Shown here: positions 1-17,164 of the stretch, piece after piece
Position numbering within the stretch: the first letter of the stretch is position 1
Layout: each line of letters begins with the position of its first letter
Made by a program: the position numbers and the translations under genes
Source: Trypanosoma brucei
Taxonomy: Eukaryota
Reading direction: 5' to 3'
DNA: 64,000 bases
Assembly (NCBI GenBank): GCA_000002445.1
Contig: CM000208.1
Coordinates: 2,528,001-2,592,000 of the forward strand
Notes under the pieces: model-generated
What the model was told of the DNA's origin: nothing
The model's input: only the letters and a program-made list of their open reading frames with translations
Databases searched by the model: none

Positions 1-953
1 TCCCGAACAATCTGGACCACCTTCCTCTTGTCCGCCGCGGGCGAACCCTCTACACGCTGATTGAGCTTCGACACCACCGTGTCTGCAGGATGAGACACTG
101 CTGCACAAAGGAAACCGGCAAGTACACCAGATATGACCGACACCAACAGCTGAACGTACTTCGGTGCGGGGTCACTAGGGGACGTTAACAAATAGCGATA
201 CGCCAGGCGTACAATAACCTCGAAGCTGAGAAATTTGACAACGGTGTAGGGAACCTGTCGGCACCAGAGTGCCGGAAGACCCTTATAAAACCCATAGATA
301 CCCTCACTTGAGTACACAAGCGGAAAGAAATACGACAACTCCGTATGGGCAACATTTGATGTTTGGATAATGATTTTGACAGCCTCCCAGGGTGCCAAAG
401 CAACGTCGGCGAAGATCTCAGCTACACCGCTAGAGACGACAAAAATACCCAATTTGCTAACATAGCTGAGCACCATCGGAGATGCGGCAGATCCTTCAAG
501 CCTTGAGCAAAACCAAAACTTCAGTAACTCATACAACAAAAATTTTAGACCACCCTGTGAGGAATAACCAAAAAAAGTAGGAACCCACCCTCTCGTAAAC
601 ACTGAAATCGACCGAAACCAACACCCACCACAATTCCTCCACAAAGAGCGAAAACCGTCTGTCATAGAATTGTACAGTCCAACCTGCACACCACATTTTA
701 CCAAATCAACAGGAGTCATGGACGTATGGGCCAAACCACTAATGACACCACCAAGAAAGCAACAAAAAAAATAAAATGCGGAAAACTCGACAACAACACG
801 CCTACTCCACACGAATAAAAAAGATAAAGTAAAAAAAACAAAATAAACAAAAAACAAACGATAAGCAACATAATCACCTTCAAATGAAAATAACCGCGAC
901 ACAACCACAAAATAGAGCCTACATTTCCCTAAAAAATCAAATCGACCTAACAT
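1..953 (-). CDS. mitochondrial carrier family protein, phosphate-carrier-like (partial; 3' end lies beyond window start; not in supplied ORF track because no in-window stop codon)
   Basis: Manual minus-strand translation from ATG (plus-strand 'cat' 951-953) is stop-free down to position 1. Contains GGVISGLAHTSM-TPVDLVKCGVQV (carrier PxD/ExxK/R signature), GYSSQGGLKF, AEIFADVALAPWEAVKIII, QVPYTVVKFLSFE and SHPADTVVSKLN, a pattern matching Mir1/PiC-type phosphate carriers. The first 78 codons are T-rich and Phe-rich, so start is uncertain. The alternative ATG at 717-719 would cut off the conserved first helix. Confidence 0.75.
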   Translation of the reverse strand, partial: MLGRFDFLGKCRLYFVVVSRLFSFEGDYVAYRLFFVYFVFFTLSFLFVWSRRVVVEFSAFYFFCCFLGGVISGLAHTSMTPVDLVKCGVQVGLYNSMTDGFRSLWRNCGGCWFRSISVFTRGWVPTFFGYSSQGGLKFLLYELLKFWFCSRLEGSAASPMVLSYVSKLGIFVVSSGVAEIFADVALAPWEAVKIIIQTSNVAHTELSYFFPLVYSSEGIYGFYKGLPALWCRQVPYTVVKFLSFEVIVRLAYRYLLTSPSDPAPKYVQLLVSVISGVLAGFLCAAVSHPADTVVSKLNQRVEGSPAADKRKVVQIVR

Positions 954-1057
954 TTACCTAAAAGAAAGGAAACAGAGGGAAAAAAATAAAACAAAAAAAA
1001 CAAAACAAAATACAAAAAAATACAAAAAATAAACAAAAACGGAGAGATTTAGGATGT

Positions 1058-1534
<477 letters not shown>

Positions 1535-1965
1535 TCAACGCACAGGTAACACGAGGGCAGCGCACGCAAGTCAAAGGGGAGAGGAAGATTATGTGACCGC
1601 ACAGCAACAGCAGCAAGCGCGGGTAACAGCTGACAGCGACTTCTTTGCCATGACACGCTGCCTTGCATAGCAGTACATAGCGCCTGCGGCCACACCGATA
1701 CATACACACTGTGAAATACGCTAGCGGTGCCAAAAGCGAATGCGAATGCCTTCATGTCAGCGCGTGGACCACACGCACACACACACACACGAAAAGAACG
1801 AAGGCAGCGGCACATTCTGGCAAACAGTGAAATCTATCACCACCACAAGGAGAGGGTATGGTGGGGGGAAAATAAAAAAGAAAAGGAATATCAATGCCTC
1901 ACCTGAGGGGCACTGAGGGATCTAATGTCAAGGTGGCAAACCAAAGGTCTCCTGATGTAGGGTGT

Positions 1966-2442
<477 letters not shown>

Positions 2443-2754
2443 TCAACGCACAGGTAACACGAGGGCAGCGCACGCAAGTCAAAGGGGAGAGGAAGATTAT
2501 GTGACCGCACAGCAACAGCAGCAAGCGCGGGTAACAGCTGACAGCGACTTCTTTGCCATGACACGCTGCCTTGCATAGCAGTACATAGCGCCTGCGGCCA
2601 CACCGATACATACACACTGTGAAATGCGCTAGCGGTGCCAAAAGCGAATGCGAATGCCTTCATGTCAGCGCGTGGACCACACGCACACACACACACACGA
2701 AAAGAACGAAGGCAGCGGCACATTCTGGCAAACAGTGAAATCTATCACCACCAC

Positions 2755-2797
2755 AAGGAGAGGGTATGGTGGGGGGAAAATAAAAAAGAAAAGGAAT
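2755..2797 (-). promoter_or_regulatory. second, G-rich then pyrimidine tract ~80 nt downstream of each H2B stop; likely polyadenylation or alternative splice-site determinant; length-polymorphic between units
   Basis: Plus strand aaggagagggtatggtggggggaaaataaaaaagaaaaggaat. The 5-nt gaaaa indel here accounts for the 903 versus 908 unit classes. Confidence 0.4.
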
Positions 2798-2873
2798 ATC
2801 AATGCCTCACCTGAGGGGCACTGAGGGATCTAATGTCAAGGTGGCAAACCAAAGGTCTCCTGATGTAGGATGT

Positions 2874-3350
<477 letters not shown>

Positions 3351-3776
3351 TCAACGCACAGGTAACACGAGGGCAGCGCACGCAAGTCAAAGGGGAGAGG
3401 AAGATTATGTGACCGCACAGCAACAGCAGCAGGCGCGGGTAACAGCTGACAGCGACTTCTTTGCCATGACACGCTGCCTTGCATAGCAGTACATAGCGCC
3501 TGCGGCCACACCGATACATACACACTGTGAAATGCGCTAGCGGTGCCAAAAGCGAATGCGAATGCCTTCGTGTCAGCGCGTGGACCACACGCACACACAC
3601 ACACACGAAAAGAACGAAGGCAGCGGCACATTCCGGCAAACAGTGAAATCTATCACCACCACAAGGAGAGGGTATGGTGGGGGGAAAATAAAAAAGGAAT
3701 ATCAATGCCTCACCTGAGGGGCACTGAGGGATCTAATGTCAAGGTGGCAAACCAAAGGTCTCCTGATGTAGGATGT

Positions 3777-4253
<477 letters not shown>

Positions 4254-4684
4254 TCAACGCACAGGTAACACGAGGGCAGCGCACGCAAGTCAAAGGGGAG
4301 AGGAAGATTATGTGACCGCACAGCAACAGCAGCAAGTGCGGGTAACAGCTGACAGCGACTTCTTTGCCATGACACGCTGCCTTGCATAGCAGTACATAGC
4401 GCCTGCGGCCACACCGATACATACACACTGTGAAATGCGCTAGCGGTGCCAAAAGCGAATGCGAATGCCTTCATGTCAGCGCGTGGACCACACGCACACA
4501 CACACACACGAAAAGAACGAAGGCAGCGGCACATTCTGGCAAACAGTGAAATCCATCACCACCACAAGGAGAGGGTATGGTGGGGGGAAAATAAAAAAGA
4601 AAAGGAATATCAATGCCTCACCTGAGGGGCACTGAGGGATCTAATGTCAAGGTGGCAAACCAAAGGTCTCCTGATGTAGGGTGT

Positions 4685-5161
<477 letters not shown>

Positions 5162-5587
5162 TCAACGCACAGGTAACACGAGGGCAGCGCACGCAAGTCA
5201 AAGGGGAGAGGAAGATTGTGTGACCGCACAGCAACAGCAGCAAGCGCGGGTAACAGCTGACAGCGACTTCTTTGCCATGACACGCTGCCTTGCATAGCAG
5301 TACATAGCGCCTGCGGCCACACCGATACATACACACTGTGAAATGCGCTAGCGGTGCCAAAAGCGAATGCGAATGCCTTCGTGTCAGCGCGTGGACCACA
5401 CGCACACACACACACACGAAAAGAACGAAGGCAGCGGCACATTCCGGCAAACAGTGAAATCCATCACCACCACAAGGAGAGGATATGGTGGGGGGAAAAT
5501 AAAAAAGGAATATCAATGCCTCACCTGAGGGGCACTGAGGGATCTAATGTCAAGGTGGCAAACCAAAGGTCTCCTGATGTAGGGTGT

Positions 5588-6064
<477 letters not shown>

Positions 6065-6495
6065 TCAACGCACAGGTAACACGAGGGCAGCGCACGCAAG
6101 TCAAAGGGGAGAGGAAGATTATGTGACCGCACAGCAACAGCAGCAGGCGCGGGTAACAGCTGACAGCGACTTCTTTGCCATGACACGCTGCCTTGCATAG
6201 CAGTACATAGCGCCTGCGGCCACACCGATACATACACACTGTGAAATGCGCTAGCGGTGCCAAAAGCGAATGCGAATGCCTTCGTGTCAGCGCGTGGACC
6301 ACACGCACACACACACACACGAAAAGAACGAAGGCAGCGGCACATTCCGGCAAACAGTGAAATCTATCACCACCACAAGGAGAGGGTATGGTGGGGGGAA
6401 AATAAAAAAGAAAAGGAATATCAATGCCTCACCTGAGGGGCACTGAGGGATCTAATGTCAAGGTGGCAAACCAAAGGTCTCCTGATGTAGGGTGT

Positions 6496-6972
<477 letters not shown>

Positions 6973-7403
6973 TCAACGCACAGGTAACACGAGGGCAGCG
7001 CACGCAAGTCAAAGGGGAGAGGAAGATTATGTGACCGCACAGCAACAGCAGCAGGGGCGGGTAACAGCTGACAGCGACTTCTTTGCCATGACACGCTGCC
7101 TTGCATAGCAGTACATAGCGCCTGCGGCCACACCGATACATACACACTGTGAAATGCGCTAGCGGTGCCAAAAGCGAATGCGAATGCCTTCGTGTCAGCG
7201 CGTGGACCACACGCACACACACACACACGAAAAGAACGAAGGCAGCGGCACATTCCGGCAAACAGTGAAATCTATCACCACCACAAGGAGAGGATATGGT
7301 GGGGGGAAAATAAAAAAGAAAAGGAATATCAATGCCTCACCTGAGGGGCACTGAGGGATCTAATGTCAAGGTGGCAAACCAAAGGTCTCCTGATGTAGGA
7401 TGT

Positions 7404-7880
<477 letters not shown>

Positions 7881-8305
7881 TCAACGCACAGGTAACACGA
7901 GGGCAGCGCACGCAAGTCAAAGGGGAGAGGAAGATTATGTGACCGCACAGCAACAGCAGCAGGCGCGGGTAACAGCTGACAGCGACTTCTTTGCCATGAC
8001 ACGCTGCCTTGCATAGCAGTACATAGCGCCTGCGGCCACACCGATACATACACACTGTGAAATGCGCTAGCGGTGCCAAAAGCGAATGCGAATGCCTTCG
8101 TGTCAGCGCGTGGACCACACGCACACACACACACACGAAAAGAACGAAGGCAGCGGCACATTCCGGCAAACAGTGAAATCTATCACCACCACAAGGAGAG
8201 GATATGGTGGGGGAAAATAAAAAAGGAATATCAATGCCTCACCTGAGGGGCACTGAGGGATCTAATGTCAAGGTGGCAAACCAAAGGTCTCCTGATGTAG
8301 GATGT

Positions 8306-8782
<477 letters not shown>

Positions 8783-9208
8783 TCAACGCACAGGTAACAC
8801 GAGGGCAGCGCACGCAAGTCAAAGGGGAGAGGAAGATTATGTGACCGCACAGCAACAGCAGCAAGCGCGGGTAACAGCTGACAGCGACTTCTTTGCCATG
8901 ACACGCTGCCTTGCATAGCAGTACATAGCGCCTGCGGCCACACCGATACATACACACTGTGAAATGCGCTAGCGGTGCCAAAAGCGAATGCGAATGCCTT
9001 CGTGTCAGCGCGTGGACCACACGCACACACACACACACGAAAAGAACGAAGGCAGCGGCACATTCCGGCAAACAGTGAAATCTATCACCACCACAAGGAG
9101 AGGGTATGGTGGGGGGAAAATAAAAAAGGAATATCAATGCCTCACCTGAGGGGCACTGAGGGATCTAATGTCAAGGTGGCAAACCAAAGGTCTCCTGATG
9201 TAGGGTGT

Positions 9209-9685
<477 letters not shown>

Positions 9686-10116
9686 TCAACGCACAGGTAA
9701 CACGAGGGCAGCGCACGCAAGTCAAAGGGGAGAGGAAGATTGTGTGACCGCACAGCAACAGCAGCAGGCGCGGGTAACAGCTGACAGCGACTTCTTTGCC
9801 ATGACACGCTGCCTTGCATAGCAGTACATAGCGCTTGCGGCCACACCGATACATACACACTGTGAAATGCGCTAGCGGTGCCAAAAGCGAATGCGAATGC
9901 CTTCGTGTCAGCGCGTGGACCACACGCACACACACACACACGAAAAGAACGAAGGCAGCGGCACATTCCGGCAAACAGTGAAATCCATCACCACCACAAG
10001 GAGAGGGTATGGTGGGGGGAAAATAAAAAAGAAAAGGAATATCAATGCCTCACCTGAGGGGCACTGAGGGATCTAATGTCAAGGTGGCAAACCAAAGGTC
10101 TCCTGATGTAGGGTGT

Positions 10117-10593
<477 letters not shown>

Positions 10594-11024
10594 TCAACGC
10601 ACAGGTAACACGAGGGCAGCGCACGCAAGTCAAAGGGGAGAGGAAGATTATGTGACCGCACAGCAACAGCAGCAAGCGCGGGTAACAGCTGACAGCGACT
10701 TCTTTGCCATGACACGCTGCCTTGCATAGCAGTACATAGCGCCTGCGGCCACACCGATACATACACACTGTGAAATGCGCTAGCGGTGCCAAAAGCGAAT
10801 GCGAATGCCTTCGTGTCAGCGCGTGGACCACACGCACACACACACACACGAAAAGAACGAAGGCAGCGGCACATTCCGGCAAACAGTGAAATCTATCACC
10901 ACCACAAGGAGAGGGTATGGTGGGGGGAAAATAAAAAAGAAAAGGAATATCAATGCCTCACCTGAGGGGCACTGAGGGATCTAATGTCAAGGTGGCAAAC
11001 CAAAGGTCTCCTGATGTAGGATGT

Positions 11025-11501
<477 letters not shown>

Positions 11502-11927
11502 TCAACGCACAGGTAACACGAGGGCAGCGCACGCAAGTCAAAGGGGAGAGGAAGATTATGTGACCGCACAGCAACAGCAGCAGGCGCGGGTAACAGCTGA
11601 CAGCGACTTCTTTGCCATGACACGCTGCCTTGCATAGCAGTACATAGCGCCTGCGGCCACACCGATACATACACACTGTGAAATGCGCTAGCGGTGCCAA
11701 AAGCGAATGCGAATGCCTTCGTGTCAGCGCGTGGACCACACGCACACACACACACACGAAAAGAACGAAGGCAGCGGCACATTCCGGCAAACAGTGAAAT
11801 CTATCACCACCACAAGGAGAGGGTATGGTGGGGGGAAAATAAAAAAGGAATATCAATGCCTCACCTGAGGGGCACTGAGGGATCTAATGTCAAGGTGGCA
11901 AACCAAAGGTCTCCTGATGTAGGGTGT

Positions 11928-12404
<477 letters not shown>

Positions 12405-12835
12405 TCAACGCACAGGTAACACGAGGGCAGCGCACGCAAGTCAAAGGGGAGAGGAAGATTATGTGACCGCACAGCAACAGCAGCAAGCGCGGGTAACAGC
12501 TGACAGCGACTTCTTTGCCATGACACGCTGCCTTGCATAGCAGTACATAGCGCCTGCGGCCACACCGATACATACACACTGTGAAATGCGCTAGCGGTGC
12601 CAAAAGCGAATGCGAATGCCTTCGTGTCAGCGCGTGGACCACACGCACACACACACACACGAAAAGAACGAAGGCAGCGGCACATTCCGGCAAACAGTGA
12701 AATCTATCACCACCACAAGGAGAGGGTATGGTGGGGGGAAAATAAAAAAGAAAAGGAATATCAATGCCTCACCTGAGGGGCACTGAGGGATCTAATGTCA
12801 AGGTGGCAAACCAAAGGTCTCCTGATGTAGGATGT

Positions 12836-13312
<477 letters not shown>

Positions 13313-13494
13313 TCAACGCACAGGTAACACGAGGGCAGCGCACGCAAGTCAAAGGGGAGAGGAAGATTATGTGACCGCACAGCAACAGCAGCAGGCGCGG
13401 GTAACAGCTGACAGCGACTTCTTTGCCATGACACGCTGCCTTGCATAGCAGTACATGGCGCCTGCGGCCACACCGATACATACACACTGTTTGA

Positions 13495-13830
13495 TTATTT
13501 TTTTTCGTTTGATTTGTTTTGCGCATCGTAATTCTTGTTTTTTTCTGCCATTACACGTAAAATGGATCCTGTTCCTGTTATGTTATGGAGTTCTGCATGC
13601 CACAGCAGGTATGTTTTGCTGTTTTTTGCGTCGCGATCGAGGCAGAAGTAAAGAACTTTCATGAGTGTGTCTTGCTGCCTTTCGTTGATTCCTTGTAGTA
13701 CGTGTTTTATTTCACTACTGCTGGTCCCTTTGGTGTGGAGTTGACTTGATACTTCTTTTACAGCCGCTGATGTTAGTTGAGAATACGTGGTTTGCTGTAT
13801 CTGATCCAGAAGTTCTTTTAATTCTTTCAT
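13495..13830 (-). CDS. candidate small ORF (111 aa, K/E/Q-rich, helical-looking) in atypical T-rich (plus-strand) spacer; hypothetical
   Basis: ATG-initiated ORF MKELKELLDQIQQTT... of non-trivial complexity. It has only a weak upstream polyY tract on its strand (tttactcccttgcct ~150 nt upstream) and an atypical composition, so the call is low confidence. Confidence 0.3.
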   Translation of the reverse strand: MKELKELLDQIQQTTYSQLTSAAVKEVSSQLHTKGTSSSEIKHVLQGINERQQDTLMKVLYFCLDRDAKNSKTYLLWHAELHNITGTGSILRVMAEKNKNYDAQNKSNEKK

Positions 13831-14116
13831 TATTTTCTTTTTCTTAATCCGTATTTGTTGTTAGAGTCGCTTCGGCCAACCTTTGTTTCTAATTTTGTTC
13901 TATCTGATATTATTTTTTTTTCTTTGAAGCCTTTTTTCTTTCCGCCGTTGGCGGCTGGGGAGACCGATAAGTTGGTTGAAGATAAGCATGTATTCTCAGG
14001 CAAGGGAGTAAATCGTGTAATTGCGGGGCGCTTTTTGTCTTCAACTGCCCCCTGCCGTTAATTAACATCTCAGTTTTTTTTGGATGGTTATCCTGAATTA
14101 TTTATTTCTGTTCTAA

Positions 14117-14476
14117 TCATATGGTTGAGCGCCAATTGTGTGGAACTAACGGCAGATTACTGTCTTTCGTAGCTTGCCACTTTTTTTTTTGTGTGTGTGT
14201 AAAATGTTTAAGGGGCACTTTAAATGTTTTCTTCCACTTGCTTTTCTTGGTAAATGAACTTAATTCCTCGTCAAGTTTGTCAGCAACTGTTAGCAACGCT
14301 TCGATCTGCGCCGCAATTACTGCTTTGGCGAAATGAACTGTTAAACCACCTTCTGTATGTGAAGGAATCCCCGTTCTTACCCAACAGAGACAAACAGTTG
14401 ATTCCTCCACATACACCGCGACAGCATCTGCCGCTATTGCCGCTACGCTCGTACCGACGATGGATGTTATTGCCAC
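14117..14476 (-). CDS. candidate small ORF (119 aa) hypothetical; could instead lie within the 3' UTR of the upstream gene
   Basis: ORF MAITSIVGTSVAAIAADAVAVYVEE... with no recognisable domain. A modest pyrimidine stretch and AGs lie upstream on the minus strand. Confidence 0.25.
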   Translation of the reverse strand: MAITSIVGTSVAAIAADAVAVYVEESTVCLCWVRTGIPSHTEGGLTVHFAKAVIAAQIEALLTVADKLDEELSSFTKKSKWKKTFKVPLKHFTHTQKKKWQATKDSNLPLVPHNWRSTI

Positions 14477-14933
14477 ACATTCACATTAGCTCGGTCACAT
14501 ATAAACACAGCAGTCCGCAGCGTTCCCTCAGTGCGCCCGCACCAAAGGTTACAAAAGCGAGACAAGATGGCCACGTGACGCCGAACGAAAACGCCCGTCA
14601 TGTCGTGCATAAAGAGCTCGTACGTTCCACACCGATGGCATCCCCGTTGGCGTTCATTCAACTCCGACCCTAATTTTAAATCCCATTACCTCCCCACTAA
14701 TACCGTAGCCACACTCGTCACTACGGTAAGCTTATGGCAATTCGATTTTTCTAAATCTATTTATTTCTTCACCCCAGTTCCTTCCCGATAACTTAACCAC
14801 TCCCAGGAACAAAAGTTCACCCCACTTATTGATGAACAACTGCCTCCCTGAGAAAACCAAGGTGCAAATCCATTTCGACCTCCTTTTTCCCTCCCACCAC
14901 TGAAGCGAAGTTAAACAGTGCACGAATGAAACC

Positions 14934-15695
14934 TCAGCTTGCCTTCTTCTTGTTGGAAACATCAGTTTGTGATGCGTCATCTGTTGCTTTCAGTGCCTTC
15001 CTGCGCTGCTGAAGCATGTAAGTGTACATTACATAGCTCCCCGCTGGATAGACAACGGCAAGTAGGAGCAAAACAGTGTAGTACCATGAGAAGGAAAAGT
15101 TAAGGCGGTTGGGAAGCTCCACCGTCCAGGGCTTTTTCTCCCTGATGTACGGCAGAGCACTTATGAAGCAAGCAATTTCGCCCGTTATACCCATTGGATA
15201 CAAGACTGTAAATGCGGAATATCGCAACCACGTAACGGGCTTTAGCTTCACGCCCGCAAGGTTTGATGCATAAAACGTGTAGCGAATCACTTCTGCCAGT
15301 GACCACGCAACAATCATTTGGGTCGCAAAGGGGCTCATGCGCGCCGCAGTGGGGCCAATCTCCAGGGCACCGTACAACACCAAAAGCCGAGAAAGCACCT
15401 GCAGAAGCGTCGTTCCAACCGGGCTACGGACAAGGCCGAACAAGGCGTGCAAAACCTCCAGCACCGCTGCACTTTGAGACACAACGAGCAGCGGAGCAAT
15501 GAGTGAGTAAACATCAGCGAAACGGCCACCGGTACTGAGGTGCTGCACTATCTTCATGAGAATTGTGGACCATCCCGCCAGCAGCACACCATTATAGGCA
15601 AGTAAATATACTTTGGAGAGCATTAGCAGCGGATGTACAAGTGTGAGAAATGTGGTGCTACAGCTGTATAATGATAATTTCAACTTAACTACCAT
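14934..15695 (-). CDS. very-long-chain 3-hydroxyacyl-CoA dehydratase (PTPLA/PHS1/HACD family), multi-pass membrane
   Basis: YLLAYNGVLLAGWS, VVSQSAAVLEVLHALFGLVRSPVGTTLLQVLSRLLVLYG, AWSLAEVIRYTFY and ISALPYIREKK resemble Phs1/HACD conserved blocks. Start set at an ATG ('cat' 15693-15695). An earlier ATG at 15732-15734 is possible. The track start at 15791 is TTG. Confidence 0.8.
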   Translation of the reverse strand: MVVKLKLSLYSCSTTFLTLVHPLLMLSKVYLLAYNGVLLAGWSTILMKIVQHLSTGGRFADVYSLIAPLLVVSQSAAVLEVLHALFGLVRSPVGTTLLQVLSRLLVLYGALEIGPTAARMSPFATQMIVAWSLAEVIRYTFYASNLAGVKLKPVTWLRYSAFTVLYPMGITGEIACFISALPYIREKKPWTVELPNRLNFSFSWYYTVLLLLAVVYPAGSYVMYTYMLQQRRKALKATDDASQTDVSNKKKAS

Positions 15696-15886
15696 ACGCC
15701 CCGATGAGAGACAAAAAAAAAAAAATAGCACCATAGCGTGGCATTGATTGTCAACGCGGGTTGGTTGAGCAATCGCTGCATAGGCTCTCAACTGCGAGGA
15801 GCTGGGGCACCTCTTGGCGAGTGCCAGGTGTCAGCAAGGGAGAATGAAACATGAAAAAGTCCAATTCACGACTCCGCTGAATTCCG

Positions 15887-16777
15887 TCAACGCCTCTTTT
15901 TCGCACAACCTGTAGCTAATCCCATATCCTCTACAAGACGCTGCCAGTCATTAGCGTTTTGCGACGCCACGTTGGCGTCTTGCTGCCGTTTTGTTTCCCG
16001 CCGTACTCGCTTCCGTTCCACATTCTGCGCCCGTCGTCTCGCACGCTCTTCCGAGGTGAGCGTTGATCTCTTACGCAACTGTTGGTAAAAGCGGCCAACA
16101 CGCACGTGCGAAAGTGGTACCTCCTCAGTGACAGCGCTAGTATCACCACCCGATGGATCCCTCTTCCCAGTAGCTAACTCACCGGCGGCACCGGCACCAT
16201 CGGTTTCCCCTACCTCTTTTGTCATCTCAACTACATCGCTGAAAGTAAGAATCACAGTGTCGCTGAGTGTCAGTCTCACCACCTTCGCCGACTCGAACCT
16301 TCCGCTGCGCGGATTAACCGCATGACACGCCACACCAGAGCGCAAAGTCGTCTCTCCCTCCGCTGCCTGTGGTTGCCACACGCGCAGTTGTTCACTGTAG
16401 GTTTCCTCCTCTACGTTGTAGCCTAATATCCATGCCTTGTAGCGGACGCGCTCCAGCGCTGTTTCAGGTTGTACCACGTCAGTGATCACGCAGCTGTACC
16501 ACATGGCGTTATCAAAATGTACTTCGTAAGGCGCAACTTTACTATAGAGGATGACAGTGTTACCATCGGCGTCAACAACCTTCGTCACGTCCTTCGTTAC
16601 TTCAATCACCTCCGACGCGTTAAGAGAAGCAACCACAGTCCTCAGTTCGGCCTTCGTTTCATCAATTAGATCGTCCACCTCTTGATCTGCCTCGTTGCTC
16701 CGTTTGAGATCAAAGGCCTCTTCCAGGTTAGCCAAGAGACCCTTGTACTCCTTGAGCAAACTCTCTCGCTCCTGCAT
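15887..16777 (-). CDS. hypothetical protein with N-terminal coiled-coil and basic Arg/Lys-rich C-terminus
   Basis: First in-frame ATG at 'cat' 16775-16777 (MQERESLLKEYKGLLANLEEA...); the track start is TTG. The C-terminus is RKRSTLTSEERARRRAQNVERKRVRRETKRQQD. Confidence 0.6.
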   Translation of the reverse strand: MQERESLLKEYKGLLANLEEAFDLKRSNEADQEVDDLIDETKAELRTVVASLNASEVIEVTKDVTKVVDADGNTVILYSKVAPYEVHFDNAMWYSCVITDVVQPETALERVRYKAWILGYNVEEETYSEQLRVWQPQAAEGETTLRSGVACHAVNPRSGRFESAKVVRLTLSDTVILTFSDVVEMTKEVGETDGAGAAGELATGKRDPSGGDTSAVTEEVPLSHVRVGRFYQQLRKRSTLTSEERARRRAQNVERKRVRRETKRQQDANVASQNANDWQRLVEDMGLATGCAKKRR

Positions 16778-17164
16778 TAGGCAGTTGCGTCTGCACGCGT
16801 GAATGGCAGCGCACCAAGCTGTTGCCGAAATCAAAACAAATACGCACAAACAGCATAGGAGATCATAAGAAGTAAAGTGGAGCAAGATGCACCAGCACAC
16901 ACACAAAGGTGAGGCGCACAAATGTATGAAGGTGGTAGAAGCAGCAGTTGAAAGACAAAAGTCTTCTAACCTAACATCGCGATAGAATGAAACGGTCAAC
17001 AGATCACCACATTAAGGGCAACGAACAGAACATTGAAAATTTTACATCTATATCCCCTACACATCCGTGCACAGCCAACCTCCCCAAGAAAGCACGGCAA
17101 TACACTTACATGGTGGGTACGAAGCCGCGAAAAAACCACCAGTACTTTCACAAAACCTTCATGT

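Noticed and set aside
3-182. Plus-strand open frame at the window start (PNNLDHLPLVRRGRTLYTLIEL...)
   Set aside because: It is antisense to the well-supported mitochondrial carrier frame and has no domain-like features.
716-910. 64-aa minus-strand ORF MWLCRGYFHLKV...
   Set aside because: It is an out-of-frame reading of the T-rich 5' region of the carrier gene (poly-Phe/Leu).
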